DNA of 64,000 bases from Amphiscolops sp. MND2022 (GCA_964187785.1 OZ076409.1:89158001-89222000); one strand, 5' to 3'. Counted from the first letter of the stretch, positions 55,201 to 64,000 are shown. Made by a program: numbers and translations. The notes: generated by a model not told the origin, from the sequence alone.

Positions 55201-58200
55201 CGAAGAGCAGAACATCCTTTTGCATGCCAGAGTACAGGAATCCATGTCGAAATGCAACCAACTGGAAAGCGAAAAGCGTCAGCTTCAGAGAAAATTGGAA
55301 GTTGCTACGGAGGAATTGAACCAGCGTACAGTGTCTGAGAGCAAGAACAAGCAACTTGTTAAAGAGTGCGAACAACTGAAGCACAACCTTAGTGAGGAAA
55401 AACTACGTTCTGGTAATTTGGAGAAATTGGAAAAAGAAAATTTGAACTTTCAACTTGAAGTATCAAAATTGAAAAGCAAATTGGATCAGATGAATAAATC
55501 TGAGTCAAAGTACGATGATTTGTTGAAAGATAACGCGATGCTGAAGGCACAGAACCAAAAATTGAAAGCATCAGACAGCTCGTTGGCCCAGAAAATAAGC
55601 CAACTTGAGCTAGAAAATTCAGAGAAGCAAAGAGAAATAGACACTCTTCAACACGTGATCCAAGTCAACAAAGCTGAGTTGTCCAGGGCCACTGAGTTGG
55701 AAGCCCGGAACCAGTCTCTGAACAACGAGATCCAGAATTTGCATAAAACTCTGGAAATGTATTCGGAGAAGGACCGAGAACAAAGCGAAGAGCTCTCGGG
55801 CTTGCAACTACAACGCGAGGCAGTGTTGAGAGAACTTGATACGATGCGAGGTGATAAGGAGTCTTTGGAAGTCAAGTTGAAAGAGTACCAAAGCGTGGAC
55901 TCAGAGAACTCGGATCTTGTCAAAGAGAAGCGACAACTGGAACGCAACATAGAGCGGTTAAAGCGAGATGTTCAAGATTATGAGAGCAAAGATCAAGACC
56001 AGAGATCTAAGTTGGCGGTGTTGGAGAGAGAGCTGAAGCGGTTCCAAAGGTCAACAGAACGCCATCTTGGCAAAGATGAACAGATCCAAGAGCTTAAAAA
56101 CGAAAACGCTGAGCTGAGGAAACAAGCCATGGTCGATAAAAAGACAAATAATTGTCTACGTGAGGTTCGTGTGATCTATTTTTTGTGATTTTGCTCATTT
56201 TACGTTTTTCGTTGTGTCCATTGTTCTGTTGTAATTTTCAATTGAATGTTCTTGTGCACTTAATTGAAAGGTTTTATTCAGGAGCTGGTAAACGAGAAGT
56301 TACGTCATCAAGACTTGGAATCTGAGCTGGAAAAGGTGAAAACGGAGATTGCGGAAAAGGAAACAAACTGGAAGTTGCAGCAACACAAGAACATGTTGTC
56401 AAATAGCAACAATAACAGCAACAGCTCCAGTCCTAATGCCTCGTTCAGTGTGGGAAATGTCATGCTTTCCCATAGTTTGCTGGACGTAAAAGACAAACGA
56501 ATCAAGGAGCTAGAATCTATGTAAAGTCTTTCATTTGAGCTTTTAATACTTTTCACGTTTAAATGATTGTTTTTGTACATAGTCACATACTGAACAACAT
56601 TAAAATCTCAATATCTGGAAGGGTTTCAATATCTGGAGCATGCTGCTTTTCGAACAATATGCTAATTTTTCAATAATGAAATCCAGGAACTTTCTATCAA
56701 TAAGTTGCAAACGTTGGTTTGAATTTCAGTTTGGCTCAGAAATCGGCAGAGAAAGATTCGATTCAACAAGAATTGGATGTTCTGAAAAAGCAACTAGGAA
56801 GTTCCACCAGCCTTTCTCCCGGAGGACTGGCAATGCCTGGATTGGATGATGTTAGTCGGTTTTCGCTCACCTACGAAATCTATCAGTTTTTCTATGGGTC
56901 AATCAATATTTGAAGCTGACGTAATCAGTAGAAAAGTTACCTGACTTGAAGTTGAGTAGTAAATTTGAGACAAAATGATACAAATATTCTGTCTGTTTCT
57001 TGATGTTTGTTAACTGAATTGATTTTCTAGCTTTATTGGGAGAGCAAGGTAAAGTGTCTAAATGGGTGTACCTTTTAAAAGAGGACCCAATTATTTCTAT
57101 CATATTCACTTTGGCATGTTGACAATTAAGTCTGTGTTTCCATGACGCAATCAAGGACACAGTGGGCTAACCGTATACTAAGTTGCGACACTGCTAGTGT
57201 ACTGATAGAGTTGCTTTTACTATATAGCCACCAGCTACCTCATTCACTGCAACCATTCGTATATGTTCTCAAACATGGTAACTAGAAAGCATGCTAACGC
57301 CATAGTCGCCGCAGACTGTAATTGCGCCCTTGTTACGTTGCCACCGCCAATGTGTCATTATCTTGGTTCTTCAAACCGTGCAAAATGGAAATCCCCATGC
57401 TAAGGATTAAATTTCAGTTTGTTTGAACTTTCCATGTCGACAGTGAGAAAGGTTTCGAAGAAGCCATATTGCGTTTGATTGCTACTACCTTGTTTCTCCC
57501 ATTACAAAGCATGCTTTGTATTTAGTGCTTCGTCCCAAATTACATATTAACGTCTAGCGAGAACGTCTAACGAGAACGTCTAAAGTCGGCGCTATATCTA
57601 AGGCTCAAAAAGCGCAAAATATTTTCTTTCGAAAAATGTAGCATAGTGTCGAAAAATGTAAAAGGGGGACCCTTTGGGATTTATTAACATACACTCTGTT
57701 GCAAAATAACAAAAAACTCGAAGAGGGGACCCTTTGGGGACATTTAAAAATTTTTGAAAAGTCGCACAGTGCCCAAAAAATTCGAAAGGGGGACCCTTTA
57801 GTCTCGTCCGGTTTTGTAGGTTACGTTAAAAAAGTAAAAAATGAAAGGGAGGACCCTTTGCACTAAGTTTGCCTTGGCCGGACTTGGCCTTAGGTGGTTT
57901 CATAAATGTTCCTAAAAAGTTGACCGATCAGTGTGAGGTATGTGGTCTGAAGAAAAACAGGTCACTTCTATAGTCGGGCTTTTTTCCTTAATGCCGGGTG
58001 ACTAAAAATGGGGGTATCTCAATAATTGCTTTTTAAACGATTTTTTAAAGATGATTTGACCAAAAGAGTAAATGATTCTAATAGATTTTTTGCTAACTGG
58101 CTCCGTTGATTCTCTCACAATGAGTATTTTCGAAGTTGAATGAATGATATTTGAGCGTCTTGGATTGAATTGAAAATCTCAAAAGTATGCATTGCAAATC

Positions 58201-61200
58201 TAAGCGATAACTTTTTTCATCAGAGCATGTATTATAATGGCAGAAGCACTGTAGTAACAACGCTAAGCAAAGCCTTTTTAAACGTTTGTTTTAGTTGAAT
58301 TGGATCATTTAATCGGTGGAATAGTAGTGTCACTAATGATGGGTTTCATGACTGACTTCACTGTAAATCTGTTATTTTTTACTGTGATCATTAGATTACT
58401 GCATTATGTTTTAGAATAAGCTCGTGAACCTTTTAGAGAAAAATTTGAGTTATCACATTCTGCCTGTTATTCGTTTTAAGGCCTACTTACTTGTTTCTGA
58501 CTAAGTTTGAAAAGCTGTTCTATAAGGAAAAGAATATTTGCTTTTCAAGTTTTGTTCTGATTTTTGGGAGAATCATTTTTCTGTCAGCTGTTCTACTGTA
58601 TGTGGTACCTTCCCAAAAAATGATTGCAATGTATATTCGAAAAATTTGTTTTGCGCCACGAAAATGCCATAGAGCATGCTATATGAATGACCAGATATAA
58701 AGGTTGAAACTAAAATGCCGTGTCTTTTAGTTCAACGCCTTGGACAAAGAGCACGTGAGAGCCAGAGAAAGAATCGAGAACTTGACTCAACAGCTGGATT
58801 CTCGGCAAACTGAGATGAATGAGTTGCTGTCCACGAAATATAGACACGAGGGTCAAATAGAGGCATACAGGAAACAACTCCAAAGAACACACACTGAAAC
58901 TGCTAACATTCAGGTATCTTGACTGTTTACATGGATGCCTAATTGTGGGAATTTTATTACCGTTTTTTAGTCGACGCTTTTATTGAAAAGAGCCTACTAT
59001 AGTCATGGCTTTTCGCCAGTGTTTTTTTTCGATACATCTGAAGTGGCCAAAATAGTTCTACCGAAGGTTCTACAAAATTTTAAGAAGACGCCAAATGTAC
59101 ATGTTGGCCCAGGGAACTGAATCAAAAAGGTTTTTCCTTTTATTTCCGCGTAAAATACAATACCGGGTGAGACTAAAGGGTCCTCCCTTTCAGTTTTTTC
59201 GGCATTGTGAGACTTTTTTCAAATTTTTTTCATAAAAGGGTCCCCAATTCACCAATACTTTGACATTTTGAAGTCCTTTTGCTATTTTTGAGCCTTAGAT
59301 ATGGCACCGACTTGGGCCGGTCCCGGCTTGTTTAAACAGATCAGATGATCCATTCACCATTCTCAAAAGTTTCGAGATTTTTTGGGATCGAAAAACTTCA
59401 TATAGTCGAATAAAATTAGCAGCCCATTTTATTCTGTTTCATTGTCTATTTTAGGTCGAGTTGTCAACTTTAAGGAGTGAGAATGCCTCTTTAAAGGCCC
59501 AAGTTGCAGACGAACAGTGTAAGACGAGTCGCGTGGAGCATGAGTTGAATGTGAGAAACAAGGAATTGGATGATTTGCAAAATGCACATGAACAGTTGCT
59601 GCAGGTCAGTATTCCTACAAACAAATCAGTGTTTTCGATGTCTACAGGGTGAAGATCTTTTTAGGAAACACAATTTTCGAAGTATCCTGTAGTTCCTATT
59701 AGGAGTCTTCCCTCTTTCTCGTGTTGCTTGAGCCCTAACAATTTTGGCCACCGCCACCTCTAAGACTTTCTCCTCTACTATTGATTTTTGAAGTCGAAAT
59801 TGAGATTGTGCATGATCGAAAAAAATTGGGAACAAACTTCAGAGTTTTCAAGAAAGTTTTAGTTAATTTGAGTCCATAGCGGTAAGAAATTATTAAACTG
59901 GGGAGTCATCTAACTCACAATTTCCCAATTGATAATGAAATGACAAAGAGTTAATAGATAGACTTTTGATCGGACCCCATTCAAAATGTAGCCCCGACTC
60001 TTAGGACTTACAGGGTACGCATTATTTTTGGATAATGGTATAACGATATAACCTCGACAGTACACCGAGAAGTCGAAAAATTGACGAAATTTTGGCAAAG
60101 TTTTTTCAAAGCTTCATTTCTCCACAAATAATAGCCGCAGCTCCAATCGGTTTTCTGTTCCTGAAAGCGCTTTACCTAAGCTTTCAAATGCACACTAGTT
60201 AGGTTGCGAGTTGGCGCCACTTTTGGGGTGAGAGCGGCGGCGCGGGCTCGGCTGCGCCGGGCCTTTTAAATAGCGGTTGAACTCATAACTGAAGCTTTAT
60301 TGAAAAAAACTTCTATATGCGTTTTCAATAGTGGCAACCTGTGTTACTAGAGTGGGACAGTAACTTAGCAAACAGTTGCTCAGTTATTGAGAAAAAACGA
60401 ATTTTCTGAAATGTACTTTTTTGCAATTTTTCACTTTTTTCAGTTACTTTTTTGCCAGTGGCTCGGAAAAAAATCTATATTGACACAAATAACAATTCAC
60501 ACCAGATAGTACAACAGATTGTCGATAAGAAAGACAATTTTTCATTTTCCTTTATGATTTTTGCGTGTCGTAATTTATTATTGGTTGCGAAAAAAATCGC
60601 TGTCCTCATTTGAGGACGAAATCACTGTCGAGGATATGTAGCGGCATTTTTTAGTCTTCGAAAGCTTTTGATGGTGCGTTCAAAGACTCAGTGCTGGTCT
60701 TTAATCTCTTTCAGGTTTTTTCACCTATTAGAATCAATGAATTTTGCTCATTTTAATGATCTTTTGCAGAATAACGACATGCTCCAAGCTTTGCACTCGA
60801 ATCTGTCTCGCGATTACGAAGACCGAATGTCACAATTCACTCAACTGAAGAATGAGAACAAGAAGTTATCGAACAACAACCGCGGTTAGTATCAAATTTT
60901 AGTTTTGGTTCAGTTTCAATTTCGCTCATATTGATGTTACGTGCTTCATTTCGGCCATTGCTTCAGACTTGCAAGACAAATATGATGTGCTCAAAAGCGA
61001 GAAGGACGTTTTGGAGCGTCAGAATTTCTCATTGAAAAGCCAAAGAGATGCTCTTGTCAATGCTTCCAACCATACAGATGGCTATGAAGCTGGGTCTTCT
61101 AATGATGCTTCGTATAATGATCTTGAGGAGGTAAGTTGTCTTTTTTGTTTCAAAGTTCTGTATCTAAAACGTGTTTGCGAACATTGAACTTTATGGAATG

Positions 61201-62105
61201 AAATATTTAATAGGCTCTGTTTTGCCGAACGTTTAGTTATATTGATGTCGGGGCAGTGATTTATTCGCATAGATCGCAATGGCGGAAAAGTTTAACGCTG
61301 AGTTGTTTTCGGGTTCGATTCAAGGAAAAATCGACATCGGTATTAGGCTTGCTTTTCGATTATTCTTTGGCATGGAACAATAATGTTTATCACGGTATGC
61401 TATTTTTTGAAGAATTTTTCCATTATTTTGTTTTAAGTGTGTCAAAGATTGTTTGAAAGAGGAGATATTATAGAATGATAAGCCTTAGTTTCAATTTTTG
61501 CTTTTTTAAATAAAAAAACCATAAAAATTATTTGGTTTTACATTGTGTCCACGTTAGCATGTTTAGCCAATAGATGTGAAATATTCCATCAAAAGTTGCT
61601 TTGTAATCGACGCGACTTAGCGACGAGCAGTATTACAATAAGCTCGCTGATCAGTGAAAGAACGTTATCAGCGATTACGATTAAATCACTGTTATGGGTC
61701 GGCTATCTGAACCTACCTAAAATCGCTTTTCCCATTCTGTTGATTGGTAATGGATAAAGCTCCTGATACTTAGAGACACTCAGAAAATTGCTTCAAATTT
61801 TGATGTCGCGGGTCCGGGTTGCTATCAATTGTGCATAGAAGTCATTTTCAATTGCTTCCACTGATCTTGGATTTTAGAAAGTCAAATCTCTGGAGTGCAC
61901 CAACAATACTCTGAACAGAACAAATGCTTCGCTGATGGAGGCGTACGAGAAGTTGAAGAGAGAGCGAGAGGGCTCGGACGTAAAGAGAAGTGACGTCAGA
62001 CAACTGCAGAGTTCCAACAGTGAACTCAGAGGACAAGTGTCCAATCTCAAGTCCATCAGTGAACAACTCGAAATTCACAACGCCCAGATGAAGTTTGAGA
62101 ACGAG
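28218..62105 (+). CDS. CCDC88/Girdin-Daple (Hook-related) long coiled-coil protein, continuing beyond the window. Exons 28218-28690, 29578-29689, 31417-31486, 32300-32559, 33610-33854, 34745-34985, 35522-35801, 54587-54819, 55031-56164, 56282-56520, 56730-56850, 58731-58913, 59455-59604, 60770-60884, 60967-61130, 61878-62105.
   Basis: Hook N-terminal domain motifs (FMKSTLVKWV, LIDGVAL, RLQNL..LLRNIK.Y, LPDV..IAREP, LQLLLGCA) and ARSLRDELDIFREKA, followed by heptad coiled coil. All listed introns are GT-AG with matching phase. Confidence 0.85.
36445..36700 (+). CDS. Possible alternative (first or cassette) exon of the CCDC88-like gene
   Basis: Coding-like ORF ending at a phase-1 donor A|GTGAGT that is compatible with the acceptor at 54587. 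Confidence 0.4.
36813..36922 (+). repeat. Left TIR of Polinton
   Basis: Reverse complement of ~54133-54243. Confidence 0.93.
36877..36948 (-). ncRNA. tRNA-Glu(TTC)-like Pol III unit (pseudo-tRNA) overlapping the left TIR
   Basis: Minus strand reads GGTCTCG-TGGCATAGTGGTTAG (A box)...TTTTCAT...CCCGG-TTCTAAT-CCGGG (intact T arm/B box), then TTTT. Acceptor and anticodon stems do not pair. Confidence 0.6.
37036..37305 (+). CDS. EGF-family growth-factor-like protein (N-terminal hydrophobic anchor/signal, N-glycosylation sequons, one EGF domain)
   Basis: C-x7-C-x5-C-x10-C-x-C-x8-C with YCMNGG and YGGKRCE; upstream TATATAA and TCATT. Confidence 0.88.
   Translation: MNGTQVTWVVLLTFTFIVAILTTPILLITSSENETTNNSGNNTGSCPDEFKGYCMNGGYCYYLEEQQTVACECPELYGGKRCEKFLWFT
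37308..37721 (+). CDS. Polinton hypothetical protein
   Basis: ~137-aa ORF abutting the EGF gene within the dense + strand array. Confidence 0.55.
   Translation: MHVENVYIKCSIEHLKRLEEQRSLSATIYTRDEKLIFRNYVLALCHEMAPSGKINQLQPKIIIPRINQVYKKSKVYRLAMVIHESTRLIAGNYERVWAGRAFEDCLHRYHHPNRIQCFLLALKFKHSFADEFSYLKC
38050..38647 (+). pseudogene. DEDD-like exonuclease-fold protein with C-terminal Cys/His cluster, frameshifted near 38270
   Basis: FLVVDIEGF...PKEI...WLTDNLHGIVW continues in another frame as TKGTEK...IDLDTLGCPK...C..H...HCA.EK. Confidence 0.65.
38547..38897 (+). CDS. Possible PC4-like ssDNA-binding protein
   Basis: beta-rich N-terminus followed by KGVIQLTASEYSQLK, resembling the PC4 KGISLTxEQW motif. 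Confidence 0.45.
   Translation: MNAVDATAKEHNLQLTLSPNLSLSVTTTSEATRDAETRIKLVKDEFKQVGSHKLLRKGVIQLTASEYSQLKSSFETIDSFITFVNQNAKQTTTGSDGGPQYQTAQDATKVFSSHQT
38806..39072 (+). CDS. Polinton hypothetical protein
   Basis: 88-aa ATG-initiated ORF in the gene array. Confidence 0.5.
   Translation: MPSKRLQDLMEARNIKPLKMPPKYSRPIKLDGIEDPKVPRQIAEELAKRNDVLEVVYFPPAQTKVKGEYRIKLKSSDEFNIFIFYTAT
39124..39396 (+). CDS. Small two-TM membrane protein
   Basis: FFTQATLIFILVIASLLKL and WFSLLFGAVGYILPNP; stop overlaps the ATPase ATG (ATGA). Confidence 0.7.
   Translation: MTEVVIDEDDGIGTMESNEEDSVRSLWKFCNSITLPRSEVVFFTQATLIFILVIASLLKLTLDRPPCEEMSVWFSLLFGAVGYILPNPKL
39393..40118 (+). CDS. A32/FtsK-like DNA packaging ATPase
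   Basis: Walker A GPGGSGKT, Walker B LLVFDD, AGRH, FKSPRD. Confidence 0.95.
   Translation: MNKIIFTNDRLFMALVGPGGSGKTRLIYSMLASPSTFYPPIEKTFYFYKEYQPLFQEMSERLNIEFIPCLDFEMIKNLENCLLVFDDSCEEIYQEQAFVKLAVAGRHRKLHCIFVKHNLFHQSKWSRTIDLNTTHVILFKSPRDLQQIDHFGRQLKQLDFIREAYQRATTRPFGHLLIDFDPKTSDVLRFCSNIVAPHPTTFYIPSSTAKETLLTNEREKIAYTEALARKQKEERHFSRYT
40039..40347 (+). CDS. Conserved small Polinton protein
   Basis: LCECALNIINGNIP motif, typical of the ORF next to the Polinton ATPase. Confidence 0.75.
   Translation: MSEKKLHILKHWQENKKRKGISRVIHDCDKEQIKFLCECALNIINGNIPMKVNKLMPFEQQLKILCQPKTSDRRRRQILSSIKGYKLFKLIIRPCICYLSAE
40344..40982 (+). CDS. Polinton hypothetical protein with Lys-rich C-terminus
   Basis: ~212-aa ORF overlapping both neighbours. 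Confidence 0.65.
   Translation: MSAQEFILIPKENYIKNQPKASEILDDPTITAKSQQLTLLQRVPEKKEPEKEKTSEEKKAPETREDIQKRVLRSITMLNPHQTEKSKSILKELQGSSDVSINDEGLIEINNTPTAIDASNFLFTLQQPTKKLYHPDYKRILDKIKLSPDLVPNSEAKEIVKPKVVKTKFVTTPKTKSSGKTPKRPRKKDDQQPGPSFESQEDGSKDWETLSN
40948..41892 (+). CDS. Retroviral-like (DDE) integrase
   Basis: WSIDV, VDVLSRF, SDKGTEF, AERNIRSLK, GKFYEPEL. Confidence 0.95.
   Translation: MARRIGKLSATDQAKLEKMYTSGPAAYGSARNLQATSKMPKAKIDTFLQQKDAHTKYRQIQRKFPRLKVIAYEINEIWSIDVAYVDKLAKYNNGVKYLLVAVDVLSRFLRVVPMRSKSAPDAAKAFEKMIEKVQPQKVWSDKGTEFKGAFKNLCDKRGIATYTTASETKSAFAERNIRSLKNIMYKHMENKWTYHYISKLSQFVSTINSRVNRVTKLAPNKVTKKHEPHLRSLAAEQSSKFVKKPKFSLRDKVRIAKQDLPFKKGYKQSFTDELFTIIKISTFNPPTYNLRDESGDTINGKFYEPELVKVNGRI
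41879..42733 (+). CDS. Minor capsid protein (penton/PX)
   Basis: N-terminal N...FRN.L..PI.L.G.WRVALAEI and C-terminal SPLLR...I.IEL.....VPF......LTL.FRK. Confidence 0.88.
   Translation: MDEFDIYLESAGSMNIYSGNTMAAFRNLLAHPIHLEGDWRVALAEIIFPTSIKNITTTDFFIYTPKTPYDSTPVPSSEGGVVIKREDWSDNAKFEAGEYQTISSILEQLDKATETKKPLNSADYVEDSIEISFKSRYGISVRDRSLFDVLGIQGVPDTNRGGYYIGTNYKVANMQQPIKNTYPPDLTVGTNMFFVNTNIIEHQHVAGVKSPLLRIIENTKQVQDGKLLNTSTTAHKVFTELQFKKLITSTIEEIQIELMSITGQKVPFVGTGLVALTLKFRKFQ
42734..43105 (+). CDS. Basic core protein (adenovirus pVII/pX-like)
   Basis: QRGSGFGS motif, amphipathic helix, Arg-rich C-terminus ending SDFF. Confidence 0.75.
   Translation: MEQYYAQQAQLPHFSGPARQRGSGFGSLAAGVGRVALPFAKRFLLPAVKSIGKEFLSQSIPELLDVASKKKTPKQAVRSAVRKTVKKQLGGSKRRRRGKRFIRRKKFTRRSRSDFFSRVKNVD
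43095..44423 (+). CDS. Major capsid protein (double jelly-roll, PY/hexon)
   Basis: SLDIF...LEF....FIDL, NNTLHSLFS, Y.HKAFIET, NPFHYQKF, LVFDLT. Confidence 0.93.
   Translation: MLINSNALPIETSHTSLDIFERPQLLVNFDGSFEQKIGPLYAPNGPTLEFEVKGDRTNFIDLQNIYLEVKCKIVKADNTNLNYVTGDATQQDTPVFVNNTLHSLFSDCTVTAQGVKVSSANGLYAHKAFIETEFSHNKEAKNTWLECQGYSYEANPSTHTLAAFTKREAETRSSTTVTFIGRVASDFFSCEKHLVSGVELRISFLRTRPEFCLIYDDAGKDYKVNITQANLYVRKMTLTENAYSAIETTLAKATARYRYTEIIPRTFLIGQNSQSWDQENVFSGQPIRRFILAMSTNAGFVGAKTTNPFHYQKFGLRSITVYRNGHPIAGTPLETDTDKKMYLNSMGALAFHEHGHGISFEEYANHYLLVFDLTSTQQASHDYLHPELTSASISISLRFDTALAQITEVLLLGETASTIYVNNSRKVSKNYYIAPDTAITRK
44420..44848 (+). CDS. Adenain-like cysteine protease
   Basis: GTHW...DPLG...LQ.....CGLYC catalytic motifs. 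Confidence 0.93.
   Translation: MIDEVQLGSLINKCKHLKYKFSGVYAADNFPLNVKNGNFIIVNSDKATQMGTHWLLLCNRNNKYLFADPLGLPLNNYPHVRDRLSFADLGVTEIIQAPLQNFNSNLCGLYCIYIAHYVFGAHFPIIPYISEQELLRFVKHFI
44984..45367 (-). CDS. Hypothetical protein with RVxF (KKVHF) motif
   Basis: ATG-containing antisense ORF divergent from pPolB. Confidence 0.45.
   Translation of the reverse strand: MFDPSAFPIRSCLRMDDELVSNIGAPHHKKVHFNDTVEYIKDAAPRTWRIKHNSVPNINTFPIFSSLRSPSSKRSGLRVSFSFFDMTIEPDGRSYTSPTTLEEEENDCWKPGAMDGEPVYIMNFQTI
45655..45800. repeat. ~63-bp degenerate direct repeat (2-3 copies) in the divergent intergenic region
   Basis: aaacga..t.aaccgcc.attgtct..gagggg.tgcgtcag.ttgc at 45657 and 45720. Confidence 0.7.
46074..50137 (+). 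CDS. Protein-primed family B DNA polymerase with N-terminal C2H2 fingers and an inserted Endo VII-like Zn domain; -1 frameshift at the A7 run ~48942-48948
   Basis: YFDLES, HNLSNYD, FIDSFRF, KGYYPY, YLKTD, IRGG, DANNLYG, KLMNNSCYGK, YSDTDS, KPKMY, KGV, DDKR. Confidence 0.95.
50028..50486 (+). CDS. Acidic disordered ORF, possibly the frameshifted C-terminal tail of pPolB
   Basis: PPDPGF, NPFIDDEAE, KRAKRRR (NLS-like), IVSDSGSE; followed by AATAAA. Confidence 0.55.
   Translation: MPRNASLPTQFRVRSRSSDEEAMTLTQELMEEWSPPDPGFNQREYSDSELEEDEANLNEFPEEQSPPRNPFIDDEAEVAWDADGETAQPEDEESDPDDCVLVAHLTEDESNAIEDLEHLIDFDNCFSDDEFVNRIKRAKRRRMEIVSDSGSE
50750..51562. repeat. 84-bp tandem repeat (~10 units) with a 252-bp higher-order duplication
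   Basis: Units start at 50750, 50834, 50918 ... 51506; 50918-51169 is repeated at 51170-51421; open frame of 28-aa repeats. Confidence 0.95.
52031..52600 (-). CDS. Divergent ribosomal protein uS5 (eukaryotic RPS2-like) homologue inside the Polinton
   Basis: EVIKVMP...GKQRWRYRAVVAVGNGKGQLG...AIEKA...HTVPKTLTG...V.ISPSPRESGV...IMKLVGIRDC...FA.A.FAAL parallels RPS2 EVLKIMP...GQRTRFKAFVAIGD.NGHVG...HTVPCKVTG...LIPAPRGTG...AGIDDC...FAKATFDAI. Intronless, with a perfect GCCACCATGG Kozak context. Confidence 0.9.
   Translation of the reverse strand: MDYLRVIWGFDQTRVGFWEYGEEIPQPSTSIPNQEEPQRDQFKTEVIKVMPLSSEDKRSGKQRWRYRAVVAVGNGKGQLGFASAVLSTRQKAIEKAAKLAASKQFQIVLSCDPTTPGENHTVPKTLTGLYKEVEVKISPSPRESGVRGSAMGKVIMKLVGIRDCVIETKNLQHENSADFAFALFAALKN
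53641..54125. repeat. Subterminal repeats: ~38-bp tandem array (53641-53885) and a ~145-bp G-rich duplication (53891/54036)
   Basis: Repeated atcatttttgacgat(t)gtcacgc units; two copies of ttttagcatgtagagtgggg..gagggggg.gtgtt. Confidence 0.85.
54133..54243 (-). repeat. Right TIR of Polinton
   Basis: Reverse complement of the left end. Confidence 0.93.
57583..58008 (-). mobile_element. HINE-like repeat copy
   Basis: agtcggcgctatatctaaggctcaaaa ... gactaaaaa; same family as 21513-22273. Confidence 0.65.
58963..59333 (+). mobile_element. HINE-like repeat copy
   Basis: tttttagtcgacgc ... ggcaccgacttgggccggtcccggcttgttt. Confidence 0.7.
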
Positions 62106-62539
62106 GTACGTACGCAATAAGGGTCGCATATATTGTCCTAATTCTATTCTTTTCGTAAGTGTATGTTATGTATGTTACTAAATCTGCCCTCCTAGTCTAA
62201 CTTAGAGTATGAAGTGAAACTGATAGCATCGGTTTAAATTACTGTCAATATAGCGCTGGGACCATGTTTCTTACCGCCTCCAAGACGGAAACCACTTTTC
62301 TTCGAAAAAAATTTCACGTATGGAAGAGCTTGATATGGTTACAAATACTTAAGGAATTGTTCCCACGGTTGTTTTGACACGTCCAGCAAAAATATACCTT
62401 GATTTTTTGATATTTTTGAATCAAAATAGCAACACTTCGCGCCTGGAACTAGCTTGAATTGTCTATAAAGGTCATTATTTTGACGCAAATTTTCTCTGCC
62501 ATGAAATCTAATGAGCAACTTTTAACGGTCAGTCAATGT

Positions 62540-63008
62540 AAACAAGCCGGGAACGGCCCAAGTCGGCACCATATCTAAGGCTCAAAAATAGCTAAAAGAA
62601 TTCAAAATGTCAAAGTATTGGTGAATTATGAAAAAAAATTGAAAAAAGTCTCACAATGCCGAAAAAACTGAAAGGAGGACCCTTTGGGATTTTTCAACAT
62701 CCATTCTGTCGGAAAATATCAAAAAAATTGAAGGGGACACTTTTTGGTGAAATTTCTTTTCGAAAAATGTCTCACAGAGCCGAAAATACTCCAAGGGGGA
62801 GAACTTTTTGGCCCCGTTGAGTTTCTTAGATGATTTAAAAATACTTCGCAAGCTTTTGAAAAAGTAAAAATACTGCGCCAGCAAGAATTCGTGACTCATG
62901 AAAATTGTAAGAAAAGTGGACCATCCAGAGTAGATTGTATCCTGAAAAAAACTACCTACTGTTAATATTCGGGCTTTTTTCCTCAAGGGAAAAGGCGCCG
63001 ACTAAAAA
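62540..63008 (-). mobile_element. HINE-like repeat copy
   Basis: aaacaagccgggaacggcccaagtcggcacc ... ggcgccgactaaaaa. Confidence 0.7.
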
Positions 63009-63107
63009 TAGGATTATGTCGACGTCAATTATTTTGTTGGACCGAAATTTCAGTGGGAACTTATTTTTTGAACCTTGTTCCTTTCCCCCGTGGTGACTTG
63101 GAGGATA

Positions 63108-64000
63108 AACAAGCCGGGACCGGCCCAAGTCGGCCCCATATCCAAGGCTCAAAAAAGCAAAAGGACTTCCAAGTGTCAATTTACAGTACTCGAAAATCGA
63201 AAAACCAAAAAAAAATGGACCGAGTGGCGCGCCGGGGCCCGCTTGCGCGAGCCCCTGGCGCGCTAAAAGGGGGACACTTCCGAAATTGTCAACATTTTTG
63301 TCGCAGTTGAAGGGGGGACCCTTCGGAGAAAAAACAAATTTTCGAAAAAAAGTCTCACAAAGCCGAAAAACTGAAAGGGGGGACCCTTTGGTCTCGCCCG
63401 GTATGGTATGTTACGCGGAAAAACGAAAAACCTTTTTGGTTCAGTTCGCTAGGCCAAATGGTTCAATTTGGGGCAATAATATTTTGTAGAACTTTTAAGA
63501 ACTATTTTGGTCAGTTCGTGTGGATAGAAAACAAGCCGGGACCGGCCCAAGTCGGCGCCATATCCAAGGCTCAAAAATAGCAAAAGGACTTCCAAGAGTC
63601 AATTTACAGTACTCGAAAATCGAAAAAGCAAAAAAATGGACCGAGTGGCGCGCCGCTAGCGCGAGCCCCTGGCGCGCTGAAAGGGGGACACTTCCGAAAT
63701 TGTCAACATTTTTGTCGCAGTTGAAGGGGGGACCCTTTGGAGAAAAAAACAAATTTTCGAAAAAAAAGTCTCAATGCCGAAAACTGAAAGGGGGGACTCT
63801 TTGGGATTTCCCAACATCCATTCTGACGCAAAACAGCAAAGAAATTGAAGGGGGAACCCGTTGGGGATTTTTTTTCCCGAAAAGTCTCGCTGTGCCGAAA
63901 AAAATTGAAAGGGGGGACCATTTGGTCTCGCCCGGTATGGTATGTTACGTGGAAAAACAGGAAAAACCTTTTTGGTTCAGTTCGCTAGGCCAAATGGTTC
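63108..64000 (-). mobile_element. Two tandem HINE-like copies (second starts ~63529 and runs off the window)
   Basis: aaacaagccgggaccggcccaagtcgg at 63108 and 63529; close to the reverse complement of 21513-22273. Confidence 0.75.

Overview
Eukaryotic (animal-like, GT-AG intron) genomic DNA containing two large mobile elements and two host genes. (1) 1-18161: a young giant Ty3/Gypsy-type LTR retrotransposon. Its LTRs are at least 3.35 kb and contain their own ORF plus the gag start. It has gag-pol with a UUUAAAC -1 slippery site, and an antisense, intron-containing gene of roughly 1000 aa that looks like a catalytically dead hAT-transposase derivative. It sits in a decayed RLE-type (CRE-like) non-LTR retrotransposon, followed by nested MITEs. 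(2) Host MORN5 (4 exons, 21057-26921). (3) A host CCDC88/Hook-family coiled-coil gene (28218 to beyond the window end). (4) In an intron of that gene, a full-length 17.4 kb Polinton/Maverick (adintovirus-like) element at 36813-54243 with AGTAGT termini, ~110 bp TIRs and a CACAAT TSD. It has all core genes (ATPase, integrase, minor and major capsid, protease, pPolB). Its unusual cargo includes a divergent ribosomal protein uS5/RPS2 homologue, an EGF-family ligand, a tRNA-Glu-like Pol III unit overlapping the left TIR, an RVxF-motif ORF and an 84-bp higher-order tandem repeat. Helentron/HINE-like repeats are scattered through the introns. All family assignments come from motif recognition by eye; no database searches were run.
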